Shown here: positions 55,595 to 64,000 of the stretch, in pieces
How the letters are laid out: each line of letters begins with the position of its first letter
How positions within the stretch are numbered: position 1 is the first letter of the stretch
NCBI GenBank assembly: GCA_964472505.1
Contig: CAYYQW010000011.1
Coordinates: 938-64,937 of the forward strand
Direction of reading: 5' to 3'
Source of the DNA: an uncultured Bacteroidaceae bacterium
Lineage (GTDB): Bacteria; Bacteroidota; Bacteroidia; Bacteroidales; JAADGE01
DNA length: 64,000 nucleotides
Translations under genes and position numbers: made by a program
The notes under the pieces: generated by a model
Told to the model about the DNA's origin: nothing
Seen by the model: only the letters and a program-made list of their open reading frames with translations
The model's database searches: none

Positions 55595-55993
55595 ATGACA
55601 AAGAAAATTCTATTTTTTGTATTTATCATGTTTCTTTCTTCTTCGGTGATTTTTGCCGTTGAGAAAAATCCTGAAAATCAAAGCCCCGCCGAAGCCGGAA
55701 ATAAAGTAGAGCAGAAGCGTGAACAACAATCACAAGCTCAATTGCCCGTTTTTGAGAAGAAGAATGAAAAGAAAGGCTTTTTTCAAAAAAGAAAAGAGCG
55801 CCGAGCCGCCAAAAAGTTCATAAAAGAGAATGCTGAAGCATTGATGAGTTCAATGATATTGGTAGGAGCCGGTTTATTGATTTTTGGCCTTTTGCTGTAT
55901 TTGGTGGTTACCTCAGCGGTTTGGCTAGGAATTGCCGTGATGATACTTGGCTTGGTATTGCTGTTATACGGTGTGCTGACACAATTCTTTTAG
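55595..55993 (+). CDS. Hypothetical membrane protein (signal/anchor, K/E/Q-rich linker, two C-terminal TM helices)
   Basis: 132-aa ORF. No family recognised. Confidence 0.6.
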   Translation: MTKKILFFVFIMFLSSSVIFAVEKNPENQSPAEAGNKVEQKREQQSQAQLPVFEKKNEKKGFFQKRKERRAAKKFIKENAEALMSSMILVGAGLLIFGLLLYLVVTSAVWLGIAVMILGLVLLLYGVLTQFF

Positions 55994-56033
55994 AAAAAGC
56001 TAATGACTTCATAGATAATAAAAAATTTAAAGA

Positions 56034-56087
56034 AGTACTGTGAGAAAATCCTTTCAGTTGTGAAGGTTTTTACGCAGTACTTTTTTT
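56034..56087 (+). terminator. Compound hairpin terminator upstream of the rpsF operon
   Basis: The outer stem agtactg/cagtact encloses an inner imperfect hairpin (aaaatcctt...aaggttttt) and is followed by T7. Confidence 0.5.
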
Positions 56088-56134
56088 AAATGAAAATAAT
56101 AATCATCTTGTTTGTAATAAATAAGATTTATTTG

Positions 56135-56142
56135 TACTTTTG
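56135..56142 (+). promoter_or_regulatory. Candidate -7 box (TACTTTTG) for rpsF-rpsR-rplI
   Basis: TAnnTTTG match 49 nt upstream of the ATG at 56191. Confidence 0.45.
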
Positions 56143-56190
56143 CACGCTCAAATATTAACAATAACATTTTTTATTAATTAATTTTAGGTT

Positions 56191-56544
56191 ATGATGAATC
56201 AATACGAAACCGTTTTCATTATTACTCCCGTTTTATCTGATGCCCAGGTAAAGGAGACGGTAGCAAAATTCAAAACGATACTCTCCGAACAAGGAGCAGA
56301 AATCGTTCATGAAGAAGATTGGGGATTGACAAAATTGGCTTACCCCATACAAAACAAAACCACCGGGTTTTATAACTTGGTAGAATTCAAGGCCGAAGGT
56401 TCGGTAGTTGAAAAGCTTGAAACAGAATTCCGCCGCGATGAGCGCGTTATTCGCTTCCTTACATTCCGTATGGATAAATACGCTGTTGAGTATGCTGAGA
56501 AAAAACGCAGAATGAAAAAAGAACAAGAAACTGATAAACAATAG
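56191..56544 (+). CDS. rpsF: 30S ribosomal protein S6
   Basis: [22 protein letters not shown]...[10 protein letters not shown]...GFYNLVEF. Basic/acidic tail. Confidence 0.97.
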   Translation: MMNQYETVFIITPVLSDAQVKETVAKFKTILSEQGAEIVHEEDWGLTKLAYPIQNKTTGFYNLVEFKAEGSVVEKLETEFRRDERVIRFLTFRMDKYAVEYAEKKRRMKKEQETDKQ

Positions 56545-56548
56545 AACC

Positions 56549-56809
56549 ATGGCTAAAGAAGTAAGATATCTCACTCCGATTTCCGTTGATACTAAGAAAG
56601 AGAAGTATTGCCGGTTTAAGAAATACGACATAAAATACGTTGATTATAAAGACCCTAAGTTTTTAAGGCAATTTTTGAATGAGCAGGGAAAAATTATTCC
56701 TCGCAGAATTACCGGAACTTCATTGAAGTACCAACGCAAAGTTGCCAAATCCGTAAAACGCGCAAGACATTTGGCTTTGTTGCCCTACGTAACCGACCTG
56801 ATGAAATAG
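56549..56809 (+). CDS. rpsR: 30S ribosomal protein S18
   Basis: [60 protein letters not shown]. Confidence 0.97.
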   Translation: MAKEVRYLTPISVDTKKEKYCRFKKYDIKYVDYKDPKFLRQFLNEQGKIIPRRITGTSLKYQRKVAKSVKRARHLALLPYVTDLMK

Positions 56810-56843
56810 AGGGATTTATTTTTAACTGAAAATTTTATACACA

Positions 56844-57290
56844 ATGGAAATCATATTAACAAAAGACGTTGCAAATGTTGGATTTGCAGACGACATAATT
56901 GAAGTTAAGAACGGCTATGCTCTCAATTATCTTATCCCGCAAGGCTATGCCGTTGCCGCAACTAAATCGGCAAAGAAAGTACACGAAGAAAACAAACGCC
57001 AACGTGCTCACAAAGAAGAAAGACTAAAACAAGAGGCGGAGGAAATTGCCGAAAAATTACTTAAGAAGAAAATAAAAGTGGGAGCCAAAACAAGTACAAA
57101 AGGTACTATTTTCGGATCAGTAAACACCATTCAGTTAGCTGAGGCGATTAATAATAAAGGTTTTGATATTGATCGTAAGAAAATTGCGATTAAAGAAGAT
57201 CCCATCAAAGAGGTCGGTTCATACACAGCCGTTATTTCACTTTATCGGGGTGTAAGTGTGGAGCTGCCTTTTGAAGTAGTTTCGGAATAA
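56844..57290 (+). CDS. rplI: 50S ribosomal protein L9
   Basis: MEIILTKDVANVGFADDIIEVKNGYALNYLIPQGYAV... Confidence 0.97.
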   Translation: MEIILTKDVANVGFADDIIEVKNGYALNYLIPQGYAVAATKSAKKVHEENKRQRAHKEERLKQEAEEIAEKLLKKKIKVGAKTSTKGTIFGSVNTIQLAEAINNKGFDIDRKKIAIKEDPIKEVGSYTAVISLYRGVSVELPFEVVSE

Positions 57291-57312
57291 TTCGATTCTT
57301 TTATGAAATTTT

Positions 57313-57345
57313 AAATCCGACTTTCTGTTGAGAGTCGGATTTTTT
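57313..57345 (+). terminator. Rho-independent terminator after rplI
   Basis: aaatccgact-ttctgttgag-agtcggattt stem-loop followed by ttttt. Confidence 0.8.
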
Positions 57346-57576
57346 GTTGGAAAGAATAGTTCTGCCAATCTCTTATGATCCGGCGGCATCTTACACCGAT
57401 TAACAAAGCTTAAAGCTAAAACCTATGCTTGCCGTATAGCCGGTTTTCCCTACAGAACCGGCGAGTAAAAGCCCAAAGCATAATTTGGAACTGTATTTAT
57501 AGCGAATTTCTACCTGCTTTTTTTGTAAGAGATGTTGAAAAAGTAAGAGCCGAAAATCATCATTCTGATTAGCTTT

Positions 57577-57738
57577 CTACGAGTGTCCGCCTACTACAAT
57601 CCGCATGATTTTTATATTTAGAACAAAGAAACGGATAATTTGTTTTATGATGCAATGACGCCAAAAATTAGTCCATTTGGTAGGAACGGTTGTATAGGCT
57701 TGATCTGTATATGCTTTGGTATGTTTTTTTCCTTTCAT
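57577..57738 (-). CDS. Hypothetical 53-aa ORF downstream of sqr (below the ORF-track cutoff); possibly a gene remnant
   Basis: MKGKKHTKAYTDQAYTTVPTKWTNFWRHCIIKQIIRFFVLNIKIMRIVVGGHS then TAG. The same frame continues open after the TAG for 65 codons and ends in a beta-barrel-like ...VEIRYKY...GYTASIGFSFKLC. Confidence 0.2.
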   Translation of the reverse strand: MKGKKHTKAYTDQAYTTVPTKWTNFWRHCIIKQIIRFFVLNIKIMRIVVGGHS

Positions 57739-57774
57739 AATTTATGTATTTATGATGCTTAATTCGCTTGTATT

Positions 57775-59232
57775 CTATTCGGGTATCAGCCACCAGCCGG
57801 CTTTGGCTTTGGCTTTATAAAGAAACATGTAATGCATAAATAATTTCATCCAGTGGCCGGCGAGACCTGCTTCACCTACGGTGTATCGTATATCGCGACC
57901 CCATTTCGGGTATTTTTCCCAATCCGGCACAATGGGGTGAACAGTCATGGTAGCCGCCGTACCCGTTTTAATTCCGTAACCTGCCGATACAATACAAGCT
58001 GCTCCCATACGAGCCATTGATGCTTTGTGTTTATGCTCGGAACTGCCGGTTTTTATGCGGTTGGCTATATTTTGAGCCACTACTTTGCCAATAACTCCGG
58101 AGGGCATTCCCGTGCGGGGTGGAGTAGGGAATATGTCGGTGCCGTTGGGGCTTTTCATGGGTTTGGACATGCCGTGCGGCGGAGCAAAAGCAATGCCGGA
58201 TGCATAGATATTATCGTAGCTTGGATTTTGATATATTTCCGGCCAATCATTTGCCGACCAATCTTCAAAAGATTTTGGGCTATAATCGGCATCTACTTTC
58301 ATAAGGCCGTTGGCAGCAAATAATTTTTCGCTGATGTCGCGGCCGTTTTTGTCAAAAGCTTTTAAACCAACTCCGGCAAAACCGGGAATCAGCATGGAGA
58401 AGTCAAAATCTTGGCTGTGTTTTTCTCCGTCTAATGTTTCGTAGTGTATGGTGTTTTCCTCCACTTTTTGCACGGCAGCGCGTTTTATCCATTTAATACC
58501 GTATTCGGATAAAATGGACTCTGTAAATATTTTTGTAGAGGTAACATAACCGTTGCGTTTGACATAAGCACCACCCATACCAAAATCACCGACTTCGTAT
58601 TCGTTTGTAAGCCAGATGATATCAGCTAAATGACTGAGTTTACGCTTATTTATTTCAAAAGCAATATTAAGTGCATATTCAAAAGCTGCACCTTGACAGG
58701 TGGCTTTACCGTGTCCTGTGCCGATTACGAATGTTTGCTTTTCACCGGTCTCCAATTTGGCAAAGCTTTTCTTCAGTTCACCATAAGCATGTTCGGCATG
58801 GCTGTATGTGCATACGGATTGCGTGTATTTATCCGGCCCGAGGCCTTCGGTGGCGGCAAAGTTCAGTTTTGGGCCGGTGGCATTTATCAGGAAATCGTAT
58901 GCTACTTTTTCTGTTTGCCCTTTGTTTTCGCCGTCCGTATATTCAACTTCCACAAATGGCGATTGAGTCTCAGCGCTTCCTTCGGGGAAAATGTTTTTTG
59001 CCAAAGCTTGTTTGTAGATTATTTTTTGCTTGTCGTAAACTTTTTTCAGTTTGAATTTTACCTGTTTGGGTTTCATCAAACCCACGCCCACCCATATATT
59101 TGAAGGCACCCATTGATAATTGCTGTTGGGGCTTACCACGATTACTTCGTGTTTTTTTCCTAATTTGCGTTTTAGGTGGAGTGCGGCCGTATGTCCGGAT
59201 ATGCCGGCGCCGAGTATTAAAGCTTTTGCCAT
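57775..59232 (-). CDS. sqr: Sulfide:quinone oxidoreductase-type flavoprotein (pyridine nucleotide-disulfide oxidoreductase family)
   Basis: 485 aa. FAD GxGxxG (ILGAGISGHTAA). Conserved Cys contexts GKATCQGAAFEY and MGAACIVSAG. Amphipathic C-terminal membrane-anchor-like helices (HWMKLFMHYMFLYKAKAKAGWWLIPE). SQR subtype not determined. Confidence 0.8.
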   Translation of the reverse strand: MAKALILGAGISGHTAALHLKRKLGKKHEVIVVSPNSNYQWVPSNIWVGVGLMKPKQVKFKLKKVYDKQKIIYKQALAKNIFPEGSAETQSPFVEVEYTDGENKGQTEKVAYDFLINATGPKLNFAATEGLGPDKYTQSVCTYSHAEHAYGELKKSFAKLETGEKQTFVIGTGHGKATCQGAAFEYALNIAFEINKRKLSHLADIIWLTNEYEVGDFGMGGAYVKRNGYVTSTKIFTESILSEYGIKWIKRAAVQKVEENTIHYETLDGEKHSQDFDFSMLIPGFAGVGLKAFDKNGRDISEKLFAANGLMKVDADYSPKSFEDWSANDWPEIYQNPSYDNIYASGIAFAPPHGMSKPMKSPNGTDIFPTPPRTGMPSGVIGKVVAQNIANRIKTGSSEHKHKASMARMGAACIVSAGYGIKTGTAATMTVHPIVPDWEKYPKWGRDIRYTVGEAGLAGHWMKLFMHYMFLYKAKAKAGWWLIPE

Positions 59233-59267
59233 AATTGTGTTTTTTGTGTTGCAGATAAAAATATGTA

Positions 59268-59290
59268 AAATTTTGAATATATCAAAATTT
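59268..59290. promoter_or_regulatory. Perfect 9-5-9 palindrome upstream of sqr (candidate operator)
   Basis: aaattttga-atata-tcaaaattt, 36-58 nt upstream of the sqr ATG (59232). The core TTGA-N5-TCAA resembles Crp/Fnr-type half-sites but with spacing one nt shorter than the TTGAT-N4-ATCAA consensus. Confidence 0.35.
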
Positions 59291-59364
59291 AAACTTGCAG
59301 TTATTTTGCCAATTGGAATTCAATTATATTGGAGCTATTTTTCGTTTTTCAATTTTTCGGATTT

Positions 59365-60126
59365 TTATAAAACCTTAAAGGCTTCTTTTTCCAGCCAACC
59401 TATTTGTCCGTTCCCAAGCTCTACTTCCGCCCAGTCGCCGGAATACTCCTGAATTCCCACTTTATGTCCGGCACTGATGCGTATAAGAATGGTGGCTGTT
59501 TCGTTTGGTGAGCTGCGCAGAGGAACCGCTTCGGTATAAATGATGGCTTGTGAATTTCCGGTTTCAAGATTTAAGCGTTTACTTGAAAAAATAAAACTTA
59601 TAAGGCTTCCCGCTAAAAATACGGTTGCAAATGTAAAGCTGATAATTTTTTGTCTTCGAACGCGGGAGAACAAATAAAACAGAATTAATGCAAGACTTAT
59701 TATAAAAGCAGCTATGCTTATTTTTGCCCAACAATCCGCTGAGCAGCTGTTTACGATATTTTTATATATGCGAACAAAGAATAAATCCGACGTTTCTTGT
59801 ATTTGCTTATGTATGGAGAGTTTTGCAAACTCTAAATTATGACGAATATCTTTGTCTCTTGGTTTCAGCAGAGCCGCTTTTTCATAGTAATATATGGCAT
59901 CGGTGTATTTTTGTTGTCGGTAGCAGGCATTTGCCAAGTTGTAATACAATTCGGGAGCCGAGTATCCGGCATCAAGTATTTGCCGATAATTTTGTTCGGC
60001 TTCAAAAAAATTACTCTCGGCATACAGCGTATTGGCTTCTTTGAATAAATTATATACATCCGGTTCCTCTGCCTGTAGTTGGGCTGCGGATAAAAGCAAA
60101 AATATTAATAGGAGCTTTGTTTTCAT
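59365..60126 (-). CDS. batE: BatE-like protein (TPR repeats, TM helices, C-terminal SH3b domain)
   Basis: 253 aa with a signal peptide. TPR motifs (ANTLYAESNFFEAEQNYRQIL, LANACYRQQKYTDAIYYYEKAALL). SH3-like C-terminus (GHKVGIQEYSGDWAEVELGNGQIGWLEKEAF). Confidence 0.8.
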   Translation of the reverse strand: MKTKLLLIFLLLSAAQLQAEEPDVYNLFKEANTLYAESNFFEAEQNYRQILDAGYSAPELYYNLANACYRQQKYTDAIYYYEKAALLKPRDKDIRHNLEFAKLSIHKQIQETSDLFFVRIYKNIVNSCSADCWAKISIAAFIISLALILFYLFSRVRRQKIISFTFATVFLAGSLISFIFSSKRLNLETGNSQAIIYTEAVPLRSSPNETATILIRISAGHKVGIQEYSGDWAEVELGNGQIGWLEKEAFKVL

Positions 60127-60135
60127 AAGGCTAAA

Positions 60136-61926
60136 CTAAATTTTATAGTGCTCAAGTTTTTGAATGGTATCAGCGGCTCGTTCGTATAAGTTTTTAGCTT
60201 TTCCGGCTTGGCCTGTTCCTCCGTATTGTGCATATTCTGCTTCATTTAAAACGTCAATAAGTTGGTTAATATCTTCAGAACTAACTTCTTTACGATTTAA
60301 TTCAGTCGCAACTTTATCTTTTGTTAAGTCTGAGCTTTCCAGCCGGAATTTATTGGCTGTGTAGGACCATAAAGCGCTTGATACTTCTTTGTAGAACTTG
60401 TCTAAATTGTTTGCTGATAGGAGCTTGCGAGCTTTTTTTAATTTTTTTCTTGACAAACTTGCAGCGCGTTTGTTTTTGTAATCTTTGATGTTGGCACGTT
60501 CTTTAATTTGTTTTCGTTTTAAAATAATTATGCCGGCAAACAAGAGGAGTGATAATATATATAGACTGTAAAACAGCCATGAACCTGCAAAATGTTCTCC
60601 AATTTCATTAAGTTGGATATGTTTTTGTTTCAGATATCGAATATCATCGCTTATTTTTTCTGCCGTTTCATTGTTTGTTCCGGACAGTCGGTTTTCATCG
60701 TAATCTTTTGACTTTGTAACATCAAGAACAATTTCCTTGGTTTCGATTGTTTGGTATCGTTTCTTTTCCGTGTCGAAATAAGATAACCTGGCAGCCGGTA
60801 TCTTATATTTGCCGGGTCTTCGAGGTATCAGAAGGTAGGCAAACTCCATATTTCCGGATGCTCCGCCGGTGCTGAAACGAATATTATCCGTTTTCTCCGG
60901 AAAGCTTTCAATCTCATTGGGAATTAGCAGATTAATCTCGTCTAACAGGTGGAGATTTCCTTCGCCGGAAATACGAATAGTCAAATTGCTGCTTTCGTCG
61001 GTTTGCAGCTCTGTTTTTGATATCTCTGTTTGTGCTTTCAGATTTTTGGCTACAATGCCCGAGAAATCATCGGGTTTTCCGCTCGGAAGTGCTTGAACCG
61101 ATACTTTGAGCGGAACACTTGATATGCTTTGGCGTTGGTTTTCGTATCGCGTAACCCATTGTCCGAAAAAATTTCGTACTCGCCCGCTTTCTTTTCTGAC
61201 AATCAAGTCAATTCGTGTTTTTCCGATATTCAAGTTTCCGCTTTTTTGCGGGAATAACAAATCGCGTCTCAGAATGGCTGTATTGTATATTTTTCCGTTG
61301 TAAGTTTCGCGTTCTAAATTTATACGGTCGGGTGTATAGATGGTTTTGATAAAAAAACCGGGATATTTCGGGAATTCCAAATCTTCAATATTTACCAAAT
61401 CCACCCGGCTGTATAGTTTTACGGTTGCTGTAAGGGCTTCGCCTTTATAAGCTTTGGTTTTATTCAGCAATACCCGCACAAAAAGGTCTTCGGCATCGGT
61501 GTGCCGTTCTTCCGTATTAGTATTTGTTTGATTCTGTGGCTTTTCACCTTCAATGACTTCTATTTCAACAGAATTGGAGCTGTGTGTTTCACCGTTTACA
61601 GTGATTTTTGCTTGCGGAATGGTGAATCTGCCCGCTTTCTTTGCTCTTAGAAGGTATGTAAATGACATGGTGGTGCTTTGAGTACTTTTTCCGTTGATGT
61701 ACTCAAAACTTTGGCTGGTTGAACGTGCCGGTCCGGAGAGTACATCAAAATTGGAGATATCGGGTGCCTCAAAACCGCTTGCGTTGGCATTTACAGTGAA
61801 TACCAAACGAAAGCGTTCTCCGGTTTGTACTACTTTTTCGGAGGATGCCGTAAACTTTACTTGGGCTTGAGCCATAAGCAAGCCGGTAAGTAACAACGGT
61901 ATCAGTAGTTTTATTTTTTTCATCAT
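60136..61926 (-). CDS. batD: BatD-like oxygen-tolerance protein
   Basis: 596 aa with a signal peptide. Repeated Ig-like segments (FRLVFTVNANASGFEAPD...). A TM helix near residue 450, then a cytoplasmic helical tail. Position between batC and batE. Confidence 0.85.
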   Translation of the reverse strand: MMKKIKLLIPLLLTGLLMAQAQVKFTASSEKVVQTGERFRLVFTVNANASGFEAPDISNFDVLSGPARSTSQSFEYINGKSTQSTTMSFTYLLRAKKAGRFTIPQAKITVNGETHSSNSVEIEVIEGEKPQNQTNTNTEERHTDAEDLFVRVLLNKTKAYKGEALTATVKLYSRVDLVNIEDLEFPKYPGFFIKTIYTPDRINLERETYNGKIYNTAILRRDLLFPQKSGNLNIGKTRIDLIVRKESGRVRNFFGQWVTRYENQRQSISSVPLKVSVQALPSGKPDDFSGIVAKNLKAQTEISKTELQTDESSNLTIRISGEGNLHLLDEINLLIPNEIESFPEKTDNIRFSTGGASGNMEFAYLLIPRRPGKYKIPAARLSYFDTEKKRYQTIETKEIVLDVTKSKDYDENRLSGTNNETAEKISDDIRYLKQKHIQLNEIGEHFAGSWLFYSLYILSLLLFAGIIILKRKQIKERANIKDYKNKRAASLSRKKLKKARKLLSANNLDKFYKEVSSALWSYTANKFRLESSDLTKDKVATELNRKEVSSEDINQLIDVLNEAEYAQYGGTGQAGKAKNLYERAADTIQKLEHYKI

Positions 61927-62100
61927 TTTTCAGTTTTCTGACTTACAAAAGCCGGTCAAATTATTTAATATTTGGCAGAAATCTTCAAATTCAATTCACT
62001 GCGCATGTCTGGTGTTTTCTCCTGATGCAAAGCAGGCCGGCTTTAAAATTCCGTGCGGTGAAAACACCACGCGGGCGCAGGATTTTCTGCCAAATACTAT

Positions 62101-62874
62101 TTACCAATCTTTCTCTTTTTTCTTATCTTTTTTCTTGGCTTTAATTTTTTTGAGCTTTTCTAATATTTCTTCGTCTTTCTGTTCTATTATTTTCAGAAGC
62201 ATTTCGGCATCTTGTTCGCTAATTTCCGGTTCCTGTTTTTTTTGGTCTTCTTTTCCGCCTTCTTTTTGGTCTTTTTCGTCGGAACCTTCTTTTTCGTCTT
62301 GCTCCTTATCTTGTTCCTTATTTTCTTCTTGATTTTGTTGATTTTCTTGATTCTGTTCTTGGTTTTGTTCTTGCAATTTTTTCAGAAGCTCTTTTGTCAG
62401 CATATAATTGTATTTGGCTTCTTTATCCTTCGGATTAAGCAGGAGTGATTGTTTGTAACTTTCCAGCGCTTGCTTTAAAAACTCTGTAGCTTCCTGCATA
62501 TTTTGTCCGGTCATGGACAGTATTGCTTGTTTCACCTGCGTATTTCCCAAATTGTAAAACAGATGTGCTTTTTCTTTGGCAGAAACATCTGCTTCGGCCA
62601 ATTTTGAATAGCTGCTTTGAGCTTGTTCATATTTTTCCGACTTATAAAAACTTCCGCCCAAATTATAGGATGCAATAAACGAAGTTGAATCCACATTTTT
62701 TGCTTTTTGGAAAGCTACTTCGGCATCTGAGTATTTTTCGTTCATATAAGCTTTATAGCCTTCGCGTATGTATTGTCTTTCTTCTTGTGCCCATACAATT
62801 GCGGGTAAGAAAAACAGAATAACTAACAAGCGGATATGTGTATTGTATTTCATAAGTTCTAATTTTTTAATCAA
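62101..62874 (-). CDS. batC: BatC-like TPR protein with a long Q/E/K/D low-complexity tail
   Basis: 257 aa. TPR repeats followed by LQEQNQEQNQENQQNQEENKEQDKEQDEKEGSDEKDQKEGGKEDQKKQEPE...KAKKKDKKKEKDW. The start may be M8 (62853), which would remove the 8-nt overlap with batB. Confidence 0.8.
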   Translation of the reverse strand: MIKKLELMKYNTHIRLLVILFFLPAIVWAQEERQYIREGYKAYMNEKYSDAEVAFQKAKNVDSTSFIASYNLGGSFYKSEKYEQAQSSYSKLAEADVSAKEKAHLFYNLGNTQVKQAILSMTGQNMQEATEFLKQALESYKQSLLLNPKDKEAKYNYMLTKELLKKLQEQNQEQNQENQQNQEENKEQDKEQDEKEGSDEKDQKEGGKEDQKKQEPEISEQDAEMLLKIIEQKDEEILEKLKKIKAKKKDKKKEKDW

Positions 62875-63910
62875 AAAGCCGAATGTTTTTCAGATATTTG
62901 TTTTTTCTTTCTAATACTATAAATTCTAAAACCAGCAATATTAGAGCTGCCGCAATAGGGTATTTGAACAGTTCATCATAAATGAAACCTTCTTTTTTCG
63001 ATTTGCTTTTTTTTAGTTTTTCCAAATCGGCGGTAACTGTTTCTATGGCTGAATTTATATAGTTGCCGGGTGTATAAAACCCCTCGCCGGCTGCGGCAAT
63101 TTGTTTTAGCAAGCCTTCGTTAAGTTTTGTTAAAACCGTATTGCCTTGCGCATCTTTTTTATAATCTCCGGTTTTTGGGTTTGTAATAGGCACGGCTTTT
63201 TTCTTTCCCATTCCTACCGTATATATTTTTATGCCTTTATCGGCTGCATCTTCCGCTGCTTCTATGGCTTCGGGCTCATGGTCTTCGCCGTCGGTAATCA
63301 GAATTATGGCTTTACCGGCTTCCGTATCGGGGCCAAAAGATTTGGATGCTAATTCTATGGCTGCTCGTATGTTTGTTCCCTGAACGGGTACCATGTCGGT
63401 TGATACGACCGAAAGAAATAAATCGGCAGCTGTGTAGTCCGAGCTTATTGGAATTTGGGTATAAGCTTCGCCGGCAAATACGATTAGACCTACCCGGTTG
63501 GAATAATCGGTTTTCTTTAATAAGGTTTGTATGGCTTTTTTTGCATTTTCCAGTCGATTGGGTTTAATGTCTTGAGCCAGCATACTGTTTGATACGTCCA
63601 AAGCTACCGTAATTTCGGAACTTTCGGAAGTGTATTCTCCGGTTTCGGTTTTTATTTGCGGACGCGCCAAGGCAATAATAATAAGTGCTAAGCTAAGCGT
63701 AGCCAATACAATTTTGAGCATTTGCCGGGCTTTGGATGCCTCCGGCATTAAAATTTGTGTCAGATGCGGATCGCCGAAACGTTTGAGCCGCATTTTATTT
63801 ATTATGGCGGCCAAAATGAATACAGCAATCGGGACAAGCAATACAAGCAGATAATACAAGTATGCTTCATTATGAAATTGGAAACCGCCGTCGTTTGTCA
63901 TATTTCCCAT
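62867..63910 (-). CDS. batB: BatB-like von Willebrand factor A domain membrane protein
   Basis: 347 aa. N-terminal TM pair. VWA MIDAS motif (ITVALDVSNSMLAQD...ILITDGEDH). C-terminal TM. Confidence 0.9.
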   Translation of the reverse strand: MGNMTNDGGFQFHNEAYLYYLLVLLVPIAVFILAAIINKMRLKRFGDPHLTQILMPEASKARQMLKIVLATLSLALIIIALARPQIKTETGEYTSESSEITVALDVSNSMLAQDIKPNRLENAKKAIQTLLKKTDYSNRVGLIVFAGEAYTQIPISSDYTAADLFLSVVSTDMVPVQGTNIRAAIELASKSFGPDTEAGKAIILITDGEDHEPEAIEAAEDAADKGIKIYTVGMGKKKAVPITNPKTGDYKKDAQGNTVLTKLNEGLLKQIAAAGEGFYTPGNYINSAIETVTADLEKLKKSKSKKEGFIYDELFKYPIAAALILLVLEFIVLERKNKYLKNIRLFD

Positions 63911-63949
63911 TGTTTTTTAACTTCGTTTGTGCGTTTGTTTTTACAACTG

Positions 63950-64000
63950 TTAATATCGTTTAAGGAATATTCCTAAAGATTGTAAAACGTAACAGAATTT
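63950..64000 (-). CDS. 3' end of an upstream gene, probably batA (only 16 codons visible)
   Basis: The - strand reads ...KFCYVLQSLGIFLKRY-TAA, with the stop at 63950-63952. The assignment rests only on canonical batA-batB order. Confidence 0.3.
   Translation of the reverse strand, partial: KFCYVLQSLGIFLKRY

Noticed and set aside
62012-62448. Two low-complexity ORFs (106 and 78 aa, F/S/L-rich) on the + strand
   Set aside because: They are mirror images of the Q/E/K-rich tail of batC on the - strand, a composition artefact.
1-64000. Mobile genetic elements (IS, integrase, prophage, conjugative genes)
   Set aside because: No transposase, recombinase, phage structural or transfer genes are recognisable in any frame. 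The only island-like segment is the 1.4-kb low-GC islet, which lacks flanking repeats that I could detect.

Overview
This is a 64-kb chromosomal window from a Bacteroidota genome. Supporting evidence: T9SS type A and type B C-terminal sorting domains, a PorP/SprF gene, a batBCDE operon, a Rho with a long basic insertion, TAnnTTTG -7 promoter boxes, and almost no Shine-Dalgarno sequences. Bulk GC is roughly 40% by eye. Gene content from left to right: a truncated SLC12-like permease; an MFP-RND-TolC efflux operon; a T9SS adhesin locus (1887-aa type B CTD adhesin, PorP/SprF-like, PorE-like OmpA protein); a 790-bp non-coding spacer; a histidine kinase/LuxR-type response regulator pair; Crp/Fnr; mnmE; a T9SS type A cargo protein; rho; an orphan HAMP-GAF-PP2C sensor phosphatase. 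Then comes a run of housekeeping genes: dNK, prolyl oligopeptidase, glyA, trmB, sodB, tag, DAHP synthase/chorismate mutase, csp, sucD, lipB, lipA, lysS, msbA-like ABC, recN, rpsF-rpsR-rplI. The window ends with a GC-rich nitrilase, an SQR-type sulfide:quinone oxidoreductase and batE-batD-batC-batB. I saw no rRNA, tRNA, CRISPR array, transposase or integrase. The most unusual items are: (1) a ~1.4-kb low-GC islet (51.05-52.44 kb) with a decayed PIN gene and an intact, translationally coupled Pol-beta-type nucleotidyltransferase plus 99-aa partner, a candidate non-canonical TA/defence pair; (2) a 48-bp hairpin-forming repeat family, present as 3 tandem copies after the glycosyltransferase (one supplying its C-terminus) and a solo copy upstream of lysS; (3) a two-component system whose kinase has an FG-GAP-like sensor domain, sitting directly upstream of the FG-GAP adhesin operon across a long gene-remnant-bearing spacer; (4) near-identical 357-bp and 282-bp tandem repeats inside the adhesin gene. 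All functional calls come from reading the translated ORFs for motifs. No database search was possible.
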